NCBI GenBank assembly: GCA_963575745.1 | Contig: CAUYUJ010000004.1 | Location: 186,001 to 250,000, forward strand | Reading direction: 5' to 3' | Source of the DNA: Prorocentrum cordatum | Lineage: Eukaryota | Length of the DNA stretch: 64,000 nucleotides | In this document: one piece after another, positions 39,993 through 53,100 of the stretch | Numbering within the stretch: the stretch's first letter is position 1 | Layout of the letters: each line of letters begins with the position of its first letter | Notes under the pieces: model-generated | The model's database searches: none | What the model was told of the DNA's origin: nothing | What the model saw: only the letters and a program-made list of their open reading frames with translations | Position numbers and translations under genes: made by a program

Positions 39993-41887
39993 CATTGGCG
40001 GTTGGGGGGTGAGATCGTAGTGGAACGGAGAACCCTCCGTAGGGAGGTCGGTTGCGGTTTCGTGTTTGTGTCGTGCGTGCGGGCGAGGCGAAGCTGTGCA
40101 AGCGCCCGAGAGGAATGTTCCCGCCGTCGCTAGGGCGATTCGGATGCAGAAGTCTGGCCCTCCGGTGGGCGCGCAGTGGCTGGGGGCGTCCCGCCGTGGT
40201 GTTTCGCAGGAGTGATCCCGCCATCGTTAGGGCGATTCGGATGCAAAAGTCCGGGCCTCTGGTGGGCGCGCGGTGGCTGGGGCGTTGTCCCGCCACGGTG
40301 TCCCGCGTTGTCCCGATGGTGTCCCGCGGTATCCCGCCGTAGTGTCCCGATGATGTCTCGTGGTGTCCCGTGGTGTCCCGCAGTGTTCCAGTGGTGTCCC
40401 GCGGTGTCCCGTGGTGTCCCGCCGTGGTGTCCCGATGGTGTTCCGATCGATAGTGGGATCGATAGCGGGGTCGATAGTGACATCACATCGCGGTGCAGCC
40501 TCGTCATCACGCGTCGTCGCTAACTCGAGGGCGCGCCACCAGCATCGTCATCATCACACCCATCGCAGTTGCCAGCATGGGTTCTTTCCCCTCCCCCCAA
40601 CCTCCTTATGACCCGAATGCTGGTCGTATAGGTCTATATATACACACATATATATATATATACACATACCTATACGACCACCCTTCGGGTGATAAGGAGG
40701 TTGTGGGGGGGGGAGAGGGGGGGGAACCAACATCTGACTCAATCGATCTCACTATCGATCTCACTCAACGGGACATTACGGGGCACCACGAGACACCACG
40801 GGACACTTGCCGATCTCACTATCGATCTCACTATCGGTCTCATTCAAGGGGACACCAGGGAACACCACGGGACACCGCCGGACACCTCTCGATCTCACTA
40901 TCGGTCTCACTATCGATCTCACTATCGATCTCACTCAACGGGACACCACGGGACACCACGGGACACCTCGGGACATCTCGGGACACCGCATCGATCTCTC
41001 TATCGATCTCACTATCGATCTCACTATCGATCTCACTTTTTGGGACACCAGCGGACACCACGGGACACTTCGGGGCACCGCATCGTTCTCACTATCGATC
41101 TCAATATCGATCTCACTATCGATCTCACTCAACGGGACACCAGCGGACACCACGGGACACCTGTCGATCTCATTATCGATCTCACTATCGATTTCACTTT
41201 TTGGGACACCACGGGACAACTCGGGGCACCACATCGATCTCACTATCGATCTCACTATCGATCTCACTATCGATCTAACTATCGATCTCACTCAACGGGA
41301 CACCGCGGGACACCGCGAGCCACCGCCAGACGGACGGACGGACGGGCGGGCGGGGGAGAATCATGCGTCTTGACTTCGCACTAGCAACGGCGGATACCAC
41401 GGGACACCACGGGACACTACGGGACACCGCGGGACACCGCGGGACACCGCGAGCCACCGCCAGACGGACGGACGGACGGGCGGGCGGGGGAGAATCATGC
41501 GTCTTGACTTCGCACTAGCAGCGGCGGATACCACGGGACACCACGGGACACTACGGGACACCGCGGGACACCGCGAGCCACCGCCGGACGGACGGACAGG
41601 GGAGCAACATTTGTCTTGACTTCGCCCTAGCAACGGCGGACACCACGGGACACCACGGGACACCGCGGGACACCGCGGGACACCGCTAGGGCTACCGCCG
41701 GACGGACTGACGGACGGACGGACAGGGGAGCAACATGTGCCTTGACTTCGCCATAGCAACGGCGGGTTCATTCCTCTCGCGCGCCCACGCAGCTTCGCCT
41801 CGCCCGCACGCACGACACGAACGAAACGAACCGATTTCCCGGTTGGAGGTCTCCGTTCCACTGCGATCTCACCCCCAACCTCCGATA
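39993..41887. mobile_element. Fold-back (long inverted repeat) element flanked by TA
   Basis: ~150-bp inverted ends (39993-40140 vs 41745-41887). Internal minisatellites are mirrored (gtgtcccgtg vs cacgggacac; atcgatagtg vs cactatcgat). A central hairpin lies at ~40593-40710. TA at 39991-39992 and 41888-41889. Confidence 0.8.
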
Positions 41888-43399
41888 TACACACATACAC
41901 ACATACACACATACACACATACACACATACACACATACACACATACACATACCCTGGGTTTCTTATGAGCGTGGCGCCCCCCCCTCGGCGGCCGGGGCGC
42001 GCCGAGCTCGGCCCCTTGAGCGGGCCGCGGCAGCGTTGTGGAGGCGCTGCGGCCGCGCGGGTTTCGCGACAAGCCTGCCGCGCCCCGGCAGCCGCCCGGA
42101 GGCGGGGCGAGGATGTAGATCTGAGCGGCGACTCCGAGTTGGAGGCAGATGGCGCGCCGATCGAGTTCCGACGGAAAAAGAGCTGACTTTGCTCAGCGTG
42201 CCGACCAGACTGTCGCGAGTCTCCCTCGACCTCCGTGGGGCCGCTTCCGTTTGACCATCGGGTTTCTCGAGATGCGCGGTGTGGGGGGGGGGGGGGCCTC
42301 GGTCGCGCCTGGGTTCGAGACGGTTCGCGGTGGCCCCGATCTTAGCGCTGGAGGGGGGCTGGGATTTACATCGGAGCATATTTGCATGGCCAGTGTTCCT
42401 GATCACTCGCAAGAATGTTGGGGCGTGGGCCGCCGCGCGCGACTGCGGGCCCGGCGAGGCGCCTGCGCCCGCGGGGCAGTGCAGCCCCGCGGGGCTACGA
42501 CGCGCGGGAATTTCAGACCCTGGAAGGCAACGGCCACTCGCTCCAGAGCATGTTCCTGGCTGCGCTGCAGGTCTCGGTCGGTGGGTTGCATGCCGGGGGC
42601 AGCCGGCGCGGGGCGCGGTTCTTCCCGACGTGGCAGCTGTTGGAATGCTTGGATTCGCCGCGTATTGTCTTCGATTGATGTCGTTGTGTCGTTGGCCTTG
42701 CTCCGCGATGCCTCCCTGCCCCCCGCGTTCGGCCAGCGTTGCAAGTGCCCCGCGGGCGCCCGGCGCGTCTCCCTCCTCGGGAGCTACGCGACGCGGGCCT
42801 CCTGCCAGAATGAGTCCTCCTGCCGCGCCATGGCCAAGTTGGCGCGGTTGGAACGAGACAGCCGCGACGCATGTCCGAGCCAGGCCCAGGGGCATCGACC
42901 GGCGGCCTCGAGGCGCCGCGCGCCCCACCTGCGGGCGGCCCGCCTGTCAGAACGCCTATCGTGGAAGCCCATGTTGGGTCGATGTTTGGAAAGCCAGGTG
43001 CGTCGAAGCCCCGCGAAGCGCCTCCTAGCCAACGGCAGACCAGTGATCTGCATGGGCTCGAAGGTGCGTTTGGGGGCTGGGGCCGAGGGCCGCGGCGCAT
43101 CTCCGAGTCTAGACTCGAGGGCGGAGAGCACCCGCAGTTCATGCGCGCGTCCGCCAGGAGCGTCCGCACATATGATATCTCGCAGGCGGGGGGCGCCCGC
43201 CCCTCGCTCGGGCCGGGGCCGCGGCGGCTGGCGCTTCTCCTGGCGAGCGGCCCAGAGGCGGCGCGCAGCGGCCTGGATGGCTGCAGCTGCGCCGCGCGGG
43301 CCCTGGCCCGCTGGGGTCTGCTGGCTTGCCCGGGCCTCGGCGCCGGCGGCGCCGGGCCGGGGTGGGCAGCTCGGCCCTCGGCGCCGCGCATTCGCGAGC

Positions 43400-44239
43400 G
43401 GCGCGACCCGGGGCGGGGCAAGATCTCGGCGCGACGGGCGGAGCTGCCAGAGCGCTTCGCGGCCTGGGCGCGCTGGGCCTGCCGGGCTGGGCGCCGCGCG
43501 ACTTGGCGCCGCGGCGCCCCCTCCGCTTGGGTCGACGAGTTCGCGCTGCAGGCTTGCGGCGTGGGCTGGCCCTGGGGCTGCCGGCCTCGCGCCCCCGCGC
43601 GCGCAGAGGCCGCTGCGTGCGATGGTGCTTTCAGCGCTGTCTTGGTGGCGGCGGTGGCAAATTGCCAGATTGTTCTTGAGCGGCTCCTACGCGTTGTTGC
43701 CGCCGCGCGAATGCTTGGGGCTCGCCCGGGGCGACTTCGCCCAGCCGCGTGCGCGCTTGGGAGGCGAGGTGATATTCGCCCGGGCGAAGATCACGCCGGG
43801 CGAAGACGCACGGGCGACGCGCGCGCCGACAACGCGCGCGTCTCGACAAGCCCAGTGCAGTCGCTTTCTTGGCGACGTGTGCCGCGAGGCGCACGGGCTC
43901 CGACGTGATATGGGGCAGCTCTGGTTCGGCCTTCTCTCGACGCTTTGATGCCCTGCGTCGCGCTGCGTGACGGGCCTGAACGATGCCATCGCGCTGCCCT
44001 CGTCCCTGCGCCTGGGTGGCGCCGCGTGCTTCTTCGAGAAATGGGACGAGGACATGAACTGTTTGCAGTGGAGAGGGCGATGGGCCAGCGTCGAAATGTT
44101 GAATCACTATGTGCAGGAGCTCGAGGCTCATCAGTTGTTGGGAAATTTGCCAGGTAATTCAAACATTTGTACGCGTAGATGCCCTCAGCTTTTTGCGTTG
44201 TTCAGCTTTGGTCGAATACAGGCCCCCTGCTGCGGATAG
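43400..44239 (+). mobile_element. Degenerate tyrosine recombinase of a DIRS/Ngaro/Crypton-type element
   Basis: 'LFLSGSYALLPPRECLGLARGD' resembles box I (LLRPGE.L.L...D). 'SSLRLGGA...LQWRGRWASVEMLNHYVQ' contains the box II HxxR/GRW/catalytic Y region. Frameshifted. Confidence 0.8.
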
Positions 44240-44299
44240 CGCACTCGATGGCTTGGTTGCACGGGGTAAAGCTTTCGCCTGGCGGCGCACCTTGACGTG

Positions 44300-44710
44300 A
44301 TGGGCCCACCCCGCCGCCCTGGAGTCAGCTTGAGCCCTGGGGGGCCAGCGGCTCGCTGGCGTCGTCATTGTCTTCGTCCGTGCGAAGGCTGCTGGAGCAG
44401 CACGGGCTCTCCTGGGGTATGGAGGGAAAAGAGGATTCAATCGTTAATCGTCTGTCGCTTCGCGACGGCTCCGAACGTGCCCCAGTAAGAACAACAGTGA
44501 CGTCGGTTGTTTCTCGTGCGTTGGGCCGTTCAGGTTTCAAGTGGATCCCACCTCCCGCCACCGCCAGCGGGCCCGCTGGCGTCACGACTGCCTTCGTCAG
44601 TGCGCGGGCTGCTGGAGCAGCGCATGCTTTTCTTCAGCATGGATACGATGCGATCTTTAGTATCGACGCATTTCGCGACAGCTCCGAGTGTGCCCCAATC
44701 GGAACAACAA
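44300..44710. repeat. Two ~215-bp diverged direct repeats downstream of the recombinase
   Basis: cttcgtc.gtgcg..ggctgctggagcagc at 44372 and 44593; ttcgcgac.gctccga..gtgcccca...gaacaaca at 44459 and 44672. Confidence 0.75.
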
Positions 44711-45066
44711 TGATGATGCTGATGGTGATGGTGGTGGTGATGGTGATGATCATGATGACGGTGATGTTGATGATGATGGTGATGGTGATGTTGATGATGG
44801 TGACAGTGACGGAGCTGGCGCTGATTATTTTGTTGTTGCTGATGATGGTGTTGTTTGTTATTGTTGTTGTTGCTGTTGCAGTTGCTGTTGCTGTTGCTGT
44901 TGTTGTTGCTGTTTAGTTTGCTGTTGTTGGCGATGGTGATGGTGATGATGCTGAGGATGAGGATGGGGATGATGATAAGGATGGGGATGCTGATGCGGAG
45001 GAGGAGGACGACGACGATGCGAAGGAGGAGGAGGAGGAGGAAGAGGAGGAGGAGGAGGAGGAGGAG
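44710..45066. repeat. GAT/GTT/GAG trinucleotide tract
   Basis: Directly visible in the sequence. Confidence 0.93.
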
Positions 45067-45289
45067 TTTTGGAAACGGAAGGGGAGCAGGAACGAGGAAC
45101 AAAGAACGAGGAGTGAGGAGCGAGGAGTGCGGAAATAAGAGGGGGAAGCGTTCGTCGCTTCGGCGGAACTGCCATACCTTTGGGAGGTCGTCACGAGAAG
45201 GACTTTCGAATGCTTTCAGGTGTGTACTGAATGTTCCCCAGACAGCGCTTGCAGTTAGAGGTTCATGCTTGCCACATTCAATAATTTAT

Positions 45290-45840
45290 TGGGTCCGTCG
45301 AAGTTTCGCCGCGTTGCCGACTCGTTGCTTCCCCGTTGCCGCCCACTTCGGAGGTTCGTCGGAGTTTCGCTGCCGCCCGTTGCAGCCCTGTTGCCGCCTC
45401 ATTGTCGCCTCGGTGCCGTCCTCCTTGGGGGTTTTGTGTTTCGCCGCGCCGCCGCCCGTTGCCGCCCCGTTGCCGCTCTGTTGCTTCCTTGCTGCCGCCC
45501 TCTTGGGGGGTATTTCGAGGTTTCGCCTCGTCGCCGCCCGTTGCCGCCTCGTGCTGCCTAATTGCGGCCCACTTCGGGGGTCCGTCGAGGTTTCGCCGCG
45601 CCGCCGCCCGTTGCCGCCTCGTTGCCGCCCACTTGGGGGGTCCGTCGAGGTTTCGCAGCGTCGCCGCCCGTTGTCGCCTCGATTTTGCCTCGTTGCCACC
45701 CACTTCGGGGGTCCGTCGAGGTTTCGCCCGTCGCCGCCTCGTCGCCGCCCACTTCGGGGGTCCGTCGAGGTTTCGCGTCGCGCCGCCGCCCGTTGCCGCC
45801 TAGTTGCCGCCCATTTCGGGGGTCCGTCGAGGTTGCGCCA
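45290..45840. repeat. ~50-70-bp GC-rich minisatellite (gccgcccacttcgggggtccgtcgaggtttcgccgc...)
   Basis: Roughly nine degenerate tandem units. Confidence 0.9.
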
Positions 45841-46046
45841 CCTAGCTTACACCACATAATTTGCGCCATGTAGCTTACACCACATAGCTGGCACCACGCA
45901 GACCGCGTCATACAGCCTGCACATCCACAGTGCAATGCATCACTGTTTGGGGTCCACGCTGGCTGACATGTGCTGCATGTTTTGACGTTTTCAGATGTTC
46001 TCGAGTGGATTGGAGAGGCCTTACGGCCACTGCCGCCGACCTTGAA

Positions 46047-46061
46047 CGACGACGGTGACAA

Positions 46062-46141
<80 letters not shown>

Positions 46142-46263
46142 GCGGCAACGACATCGACGACGACGACGACGGCGACGACGGCAACGACATCGACGACGAC
46201 GACGACGACGGCGACGACACCGACGGCGGCGGCGGCGGCGAGGACGACGACGACGACGACGAC
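46047..46263. repeat. (GAC)n microsatellite
   Basis: Directly visible in the sequence. Confidence 0.95.
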
Positions 46264-47464
46264 GTATTTGGAGGTTTCCGCGGCGGAGCTGTGAGGCCTC
46301 CCCTTTGTCGGAGGGGACCGAGGGCAGCAGTCATATCTGAGGACCGAGATGAGTGGCCCCGCTCTGCTTCGCCACTTCAGGCGCGGCGGCCCCCCTCGAG
46401 GGTCGAAGTTCGACGATTGAGGGGGCCTCGGAGAGGTTGCTGGAGAGATGTTCGGAGGCTTCGGGGGCAGCGAGCGACCACAACCACATCGAGGACACAA
46501 CCACATCGGGGGATGTCTTGCGCATGCCAAAAACTGTCGGAGCACCGAAACCAGCTCCATACCGGTTGTGGGCGGTGTGGCCTCCCAGGACGGCCAGGTC
46601 GGCCACAACCACAACCAGAGTGCTCGTGTCGAGGTCGGTGGGTATTCTCCCGAGGCCCCCCCCCCTCCCCGAAAAATCCACTTGGTTGTGGTTGTGGCTC
46701 CTCATTGTGCCCATAGCATTACTGCGCTGGACCCCCTCCTCCCTGCGCCAGGGGCTCCTGCGCCGATCCAAGAAATCCCAGCGGACCTCCAAGAAATCTA
46801 AGAAAAACCAGCGCCGATCCAAGAAGGCCGATCCAAGAAAACCGATCCAAGGAATCCAAGGAATCCAAGCCATTGTCTTCAAGACATCGTTCGTCTCCCG
46901 AGAATTCGCTTCGCGCCTCTGGAGGGCTCCCGGGGGCCTCTGGTGACCTCTGCACGGGGACCTCCTGGATTCTCCGGACAGGCGCGCTGCGAAGCCCAGT
47001 GGGGGGCGGCGTGCGAGAGGCCATGCCCTCCCCTCCCGCTTGCCCTCGCCCCTCGTCCCCGAATGCTGACCTCGCGTGCGGCGCTCCCAGGCATGGCCTC
47101 GCGTTCGAGCGGTCGAGAGGTCAGTATCTCGTCCTGGGCGGAGGCCGGTCCGAGGGCCGGCGGAAGCCCGCGGAGGCAAGCTGGCGGGTGTCAGATTCCG
47201 GGTTCAGGTGTTCTGGAGTCCGCCACGCGGAACTTGCGGGGGACCGCTGTCGTCCCGACAGTTGCTGCACTGTTCGGCGCCAGATGGCCTATGATGTTCT
47301 CAGATGTGGCCCCAGATTCCCTCAAGTAGCTTCGGATGGCCTCGAGTATGGCGAGGAGGACAGACCCAAGGGGGCTAACTGAGAGGGCCTCCCACATATT
47401 CAACACGACCGACCGCATTCCACAGCCGGCCGTGCGCGCGTGCGCGCCCGACCGAGGCGGAGCG

Positions 47465-47545
47465 ATGGCGGACTTCACCCAGTCGGCCGAGGAGCTGCTG
47501 ACCAAGCTGGACACGTACCGTGAGCAGCTTGCGCAGGTGGAGGAG
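47465..47545 (+). CDS. SMNDC1: SPF30/SMNDC1-like splicing factor, exon 1 (MADFTQSAEELLTKLDTYREQLAQVEE)
   Basis: Matches the SPF30 N-terminal pattern 'L..Y..QL.QVE'. High GC3. Ends at a GAG|GC donor and joins in frame with 59483. Confidence 0.8.
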
Positions 47546-47855
47546 GCCTGGCCTGGCCCAGCCCGGAGGGGGACCGCCGCAGGGTCATAGTTGTCCAGAT
47601 GGTCGCGCTGTTGTCGCACCGTCGCCGCCTCGTGCTCCCTTCCCGCGAAGCTGTGTCGTAGGCGCTGCGACGGCAGAGGCGAGGAGGCGGGGACGGGGAC
47701 TTGCGCGAGGGAGGCACGGAGGCAGAGAGTTCGAAGAGGTTGTGTCCTGGCGGCGGCCTGCGAGTGAGCTGGGACCAAAACCCCAAAGCCTGGGGTCCCT
47801 TTTGGTGACGGGGATGGAGACCCACTCGGGTGCCCCCGGGCTTTTCTGAATGTTG

Positions 47856-47924
47856 GGAGGAGGAGGAGGAGGAGGAGGAGGAGGAGGAGGAGGAGGAGGA
47901 GGAGGAGGAGGAGGAGGAGGAGGA

Positions 47925-47957
<33 letters not shown>

Positions 47958-48290
47958 GAGGAGGAGGAGGAGGAGGAGGAGGAGGAGGAGGAGGAGGAGG
48001 GGAGGAGGAGGAGGAGGGAGGAGGAGGAGGAGAGGGAGGAGGAGGAGGAGGAGGAGGAGGAGGAGGAGGAGGAGGAGGAGGAGGAGGAGGAGGAGGAGGA
48101 GGAGGAGGAGGAGGAGGAGGAGGAGGAGGAGGAGGAGGAGGAGGAGGAGGAGGAGGAGGAGGAGGAGGGAGGAGGAGGAGGAGGAGGAGGAGGAGGAGGA
48201 GGAGGAGGAGGAGGAGGAGGAGGAGGAGGAGGAGGAGGAGGAGGGAGGAGGAGGAGGAGGAGGAGGAGGAGGAGGAGGAGGAGGAGGAGG
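47856..48290. repeat. (GGA)n microsatellite
   Basis: Nearly pure tract of about 430 bp. Confidence 0.97.
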
Positions 48291-48291
48291 A

Positions 48292-50030
48292 TCCGTCGCC
48301 ATTTGGCTCAAAGCCATTGCCTGGGGCTTCGCCTCCCCTGGGGTTGGGGCTCGAGGTGGTTGAGGGACCGCGGCCAATTTCTCGACCAGAAGCCCTGCCC
48401 AGGGTGGGGAGGCCTTCTCGAGCCACCGCGCTTCCAGGTTCGCTTTCTCTTCATGTCCCCTTCTCATGGCGCGGGAGCGAGGTTTTGGAAGTGCACGCAG
48501 TGTGGCTGCGCGAAGACACCCTGGGAGTCAGCCAGGTGCAAGCATTGCAACGCGCACTGGAAGAGTGAGGGAAGCCGCCCGTGGCCGACTCAGGGGCGGG
48601 CAAGTCCAAGAAGGACAAGGGCAGCGACAGCGTGGAGGCACCTCCTGGGCTTGGCGCTGGTGGTATGCCTATGCCTGTTGGCCTGGTGCAGTCCTCAGAC
48701 CCCGCGCCCGACATGTCTGTTGAGGAGGTGCGGCAGGCCTTGCAGCTGGCCAAGAAGTCGCACTCCCCGAGCATGGTGTCCTACTATGAGCAGCTCTTGG
48801 TTGTCAAAGAGCTCAAGCCGTCCCCGCAGCACAGGGCGGACGCAGGTTTCAAGGCGATCAAGACCTTGGAAGGGCTCGTCAAGCTGCAGACGGAGGAGTA
48901 CGTCGCCATGCAGGGCCAGCTGCGGGATAAGAATGCGGCGCTCTCCCACACCACGGGGCAGCTGGCCGTCCAGGAGCAGCAGCACCGCGACGCCACCGCG
49001 GAGCTGCACGAGGTGGTCAGACCGCACAGCACGGCTGTGCTCAATCTTGCTGATAGCATCTCGGGCGACCCGAGCAAGTTGGAGCTCACGTGTGGCGAGG
49101 ACTTGTTTGGGCTGGCAGAGTTCGTGGACGTCACAGGGGATGGCAAGAGGCAGGCCAAGGCGCGCGAGACGGAGCTCGAGGCATGGTTCCAGGAGACGGC
49201 GATGGCGCTGTTCGGAGAGCTCAAAGCCAAGGCCGAGCAGGCCAAGCGTGACGAAGATGAACTTCGGGAGCGCCTCAAGGCGAAGCGCCGGCGTGCTGAG
49301 CCGACGGACTGTGCTGGCGAAGGAGCTGGAGGTGATGCAAGCGCTCCAGCAGCTGCGGCGGCTGCTGGGGCCGCTGATGTTGCTGCGCACGACCTGCCCA
49401 CGCCCGACGATCCGATCCGTGATATGGCTCGCCGCATCCTCGACGTGGGGAACGGCAAGGGCGCGCAGCCAGGGAAGGGCCCTGGCGCTGGAAAGGGATC
49501 GTGCTCCTAACCCGTTCGGCGACCTGCTAGTGCAGGTCCAGGGGGCAGTCGCATCGTCGATTGCGATTGGGATGAGTTGGAGTGCGTGGCCCTGGCTGTC
49601 TTCTGAGATAGTGGAGGCCCAACCCCTGTGGAATTCGGGTAGCGGGGATCGTTGGAGAGGGCAGTCGAGTACGACTGGAACCACGAGTACGGCAGCCTCG
49701 TGGGTTGTTTGTGGGTCGTCAGGACTCGAGGTGCAGCTGGCTTGCAGACTCCGAGGAGTCTGGCGCGCTGTCAGCCTGCTGCGCTGCGTGGAGGCCGTCG
49801 TCACTTAGGCTCGGTATTGGGGTTAGTGGAGGCTTGGCTCAGCTGGAGGCTGGTCTGAATCCTCTGGGAGGGTCGGCCTCAGGGGGGACGCTAGCCGCGG
49901 GCCTTGGGGGGCCTCGTGGGGTGTGGCCTGGGTCTGGGCCTCCTAGTGTGTTCTTCCCTGTACCGTCTCTCGTGCCCCCCCCGCCTGTTGGTGCCCCACT
50001 TGTGCCGACCCCTCCTGAGCCCTCCCACCG
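48292..50030 (+). mobile_element. Relic-SL-headed element with an ORF1-like gene (zinc finger + coiled coil, 48453-49510, frameshifted); no RT seen
   Basis: TCCGTCGCCATTTGGCTCAA immediately follows (GGA)n. 'WKCTQCGCAKTPWESARCKHCN' zinc finger, then a 309-aa helical ORF. The 3' boundary is uncertain. Confidence 0.7.
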
Positions 50031-50212
50031 AACATGAGTCTAATCACGGTTTTAAACCAATTGAATATATATTTAATTGTTTTCACGTTTGAGCACAGGT
50101 ATTGTGGCACAAAACATTCGAATGTAGATTTCATTGCTTTGTTTCTTGCATAGAAGCACAAGCAATTCAATCTAGATGCCATTATTTCGACGTTTGGTGA
50201 GGCCCTACAGGG

Positions 50213-50375
50213 CCGTGGGAGCCATGGAAAGGCTCTGAAAGAGCCGTGGGGTGGCGTTGAAGGGAGCTGTGGGGTGGCATTAAAGGGAGCCGTGGGGTGG
50301 CATTAAAGGGAGCCGTGGAGCGGCACTACAGGGAGCCATGGAGTGGCATTACAGGGGGCCGAGCATTGAAGGGGG
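50213..50375. repeat. ~23-bp minisatellite (gggagccgtggggtggcattaaa)
   Basis: About seven degenerate units. Confidence 0.8.
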
Positions 50376-51934
50376 CCTCGGCGAGGCATTGCGATAGCCG
50401 CGGAGAAGCAAGCACTGAGAGACCGGCTACCTCCCGAAGACAAGGCAGCCTGGGTACCGCGTCAGCCGCGTCGGGAGCTCGCCATGGACAAGGAGTAGGC
50501 GCCTCTGCTGCCGCTCAGCATCCGGAGGCCACGGCAAATCTGCGCCGACGCCCTCGGGCAGCAGTCCGCGCCCTCCAGCGAGACCTTGCGCGACGGCGAG
50601 GCCGAGCCAGAGGCCCTGGCGGGCGCAGCGCCCTCGGAGGCCCACTCGAGACGGCACGTTTCCTTTTTGAGAGAAAGGTGCGTTTTCTGGACAACCCCTG
50701 AGGCACTGAGGCACCCCCACCTCCCTCACTTTCCTCCCCTTTCCTAGTTCATCGCGGCCCCCGAGGCGGCCGCGCCTGTTCGCATGGGCTCTGGGCATCG
50801 CACGTAGGGGGGCGGCGAGGAAGGGGGGGTCGGAGGAGACCCCGCGGCGCAATGGCGCTGCCGCCGCCCCGATGCAGCCCCGCTGGCGTACACAGTCTTG
50901 ATCACCCCTCTCGCCCTTCCTCCTGCTTTATCATCTCAAATCCCCCCTGTCCCTGCTCCTGAAGACCCTCGTCGCTGGCACGAGCTGTCATCTAGTACAG
51001 CGCCACCGTCTCTTGGCAACTGTGGGCTGCGGTGCTGAACCCAAAAAAGTGGCCGAAAAGCACTGTGAGGAGGACCCGCAGCAGTGTGTGTTACGCCTTT
51101 GTTTGCAAGCGCTGTCGAAGGATTTGCTCGGAGGTTACTGGTGTGAACCGCCGGGCCCTAGACGCGCTGGCTGGCGCAGCCTGCTGTTACCTTCAGCGAA
51201 CAGAGCTCCACACCGCTCAACGCCTCTCCCCCCGCCCTTCTTTTTCCTACCATCATAGCGGTCGTCTGCATCGCGACCTCCTAACACCGCGGGGGGACCA
51301 GCGGCCCCGGGAACGCTGGCGCCGCCTGACCAGTTTGTCCCTTTTTGCAGCCTGCTTGCTGGCCCCGCCCGCGCACGCACCAGTTTCAGTCCAGCGTGAG
51401 GTCGCGCGCCGACTCGCAGCCTTTGCTGCGCGACAGAGTGGAGACACAACCGATCCTTGCTCTGCCGACGGGGCCCCGCCCGCTTCGGGCGAAGACAACC
51501 GCGCCTCCTACGCGGGACCCCCGCGAGGTGCGCCCTGGCTTCGCTCGGCACCAGCTCCTGCAGTGGTGCGCGCAGGCTTCCCAGCACCGCCGAACCACCG
51601 CGCGCAGGGGCCCTAGCAGGGGGTGCGGGGGATGGGGGATTTGGAGGTTCGATCGGGTCGTGTTCGCACGGGGCGGAACGCCCGCGCCTGCCGCTGGCCG
51701 CCGCGGCCCTGGGGCCGACCGCCGCGCGCCGCCATTGGGCCCGGCGGCGGCAGCGGCGCAACGCGTGCCAGCATAACGAAGGGAGGGGCAGTCAAGAGGG
51801 GGGTGGGGAGGACCGCTTGCGCTCTCACACTGCTGGCTTCTCTTTCGTTTAACCCCCCGCCCACCTCTGGGCCCGCAGCCAGGGATGGGTGGGCAGGATG
51901 GGTGGCAACAGACTTTGTCTCTTCACGCCGTTAG

Positions 51935-52015
51935 CATCAGCAGCAGCAGCAGCAGCAGGGGGAGGAGGAGGAACAGGAAGAGGAACAGGAGGAACAGGAG
52001 GGGTTGGAGGTTGAG

Positions 52016-52050
<35 letters not shown>

Positions 52051-52118
52051 GGACGAGGCGGGGACGCAGGAGGGCAGGGCGGCAAATAAGGTGAATGGGG
52101 GGTACATGATGATGATGC

Positions 52119-52153
<35 letters not shown>

Positions 52154-52212
52154 CTGATGCTGATGCTGATGCTGATGCTGATGCTGATGATGCTGATGAT
52201 GATGCTGATGAA

Positions 52213-52273
<61 letters not shown>

Positions 52274-52274
52274 T

Positions 52275-52318
<44 letters not shown>

Positions 52319-52323
52319 CTGTC

Positions 52324-52367
<44 letters not shown>

Positions 52368-52580
52368 CGATGACGATGACGATGACGATGGCGACGATGA
52401 TGATGATGGTGATGTTGATGATGTTGATGCTGATGATGCTGGTGGTGCTGATGATGCTGATGATGATGATTGCGATGCTGATGATGATGATGATGATTGT
52501 GATGGTGATGGTGATGGTGATGGTGATGGTGATGGTGATGATGATGATGATGATGTTGATGTTGATGTTGATGTTGATGT

Positions 52581-52657
<77 letters not shown>

Positions 52658-53100
52658 TGATGAATATGATGAGGATGAGGATCATGATCATGATGATGAT
52701 GCTGCTGGTGGTGCTGATGATGACGGTGATGATGATGATGAGGATAAGTGATGATGATGAGGACGAGGAGAGGAGGAGGAGGAGAAGGAGGAGGAGGAGG
52801 GGGAGGAGGAGGAGGAGCTAGGAGGAGGAGGAGGAGGAGAAGGAGGAAAACGAAACCGAAGACGAAGGACGGAAGGATGAGGATGAGGATGAGGATGAGG
52901 ATGAGGAGGAGTGAGGAGGAGGAGGAGGAGGAGGAGGAGGAGGAGGAGGAGGAGGAGGAAAAAGAGGGGGAGCAGGAAGGATGAGGAGGAAAAGAAGGAG
53001 GAGGAGGATGGGGAGGTGGTGGAGGAGGAGGAGGAGGAGGAGGAGGAGGAGGAGGCAGCGGAAGCGGAGGCGGAAGTGGAGGTGGAAGTGGAGGTGGACG
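51935..53100. repeat. CAG/GAG/GAT trinucleotide field
   Basis: Directly visible in the sequence. Confidence 0.96.
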
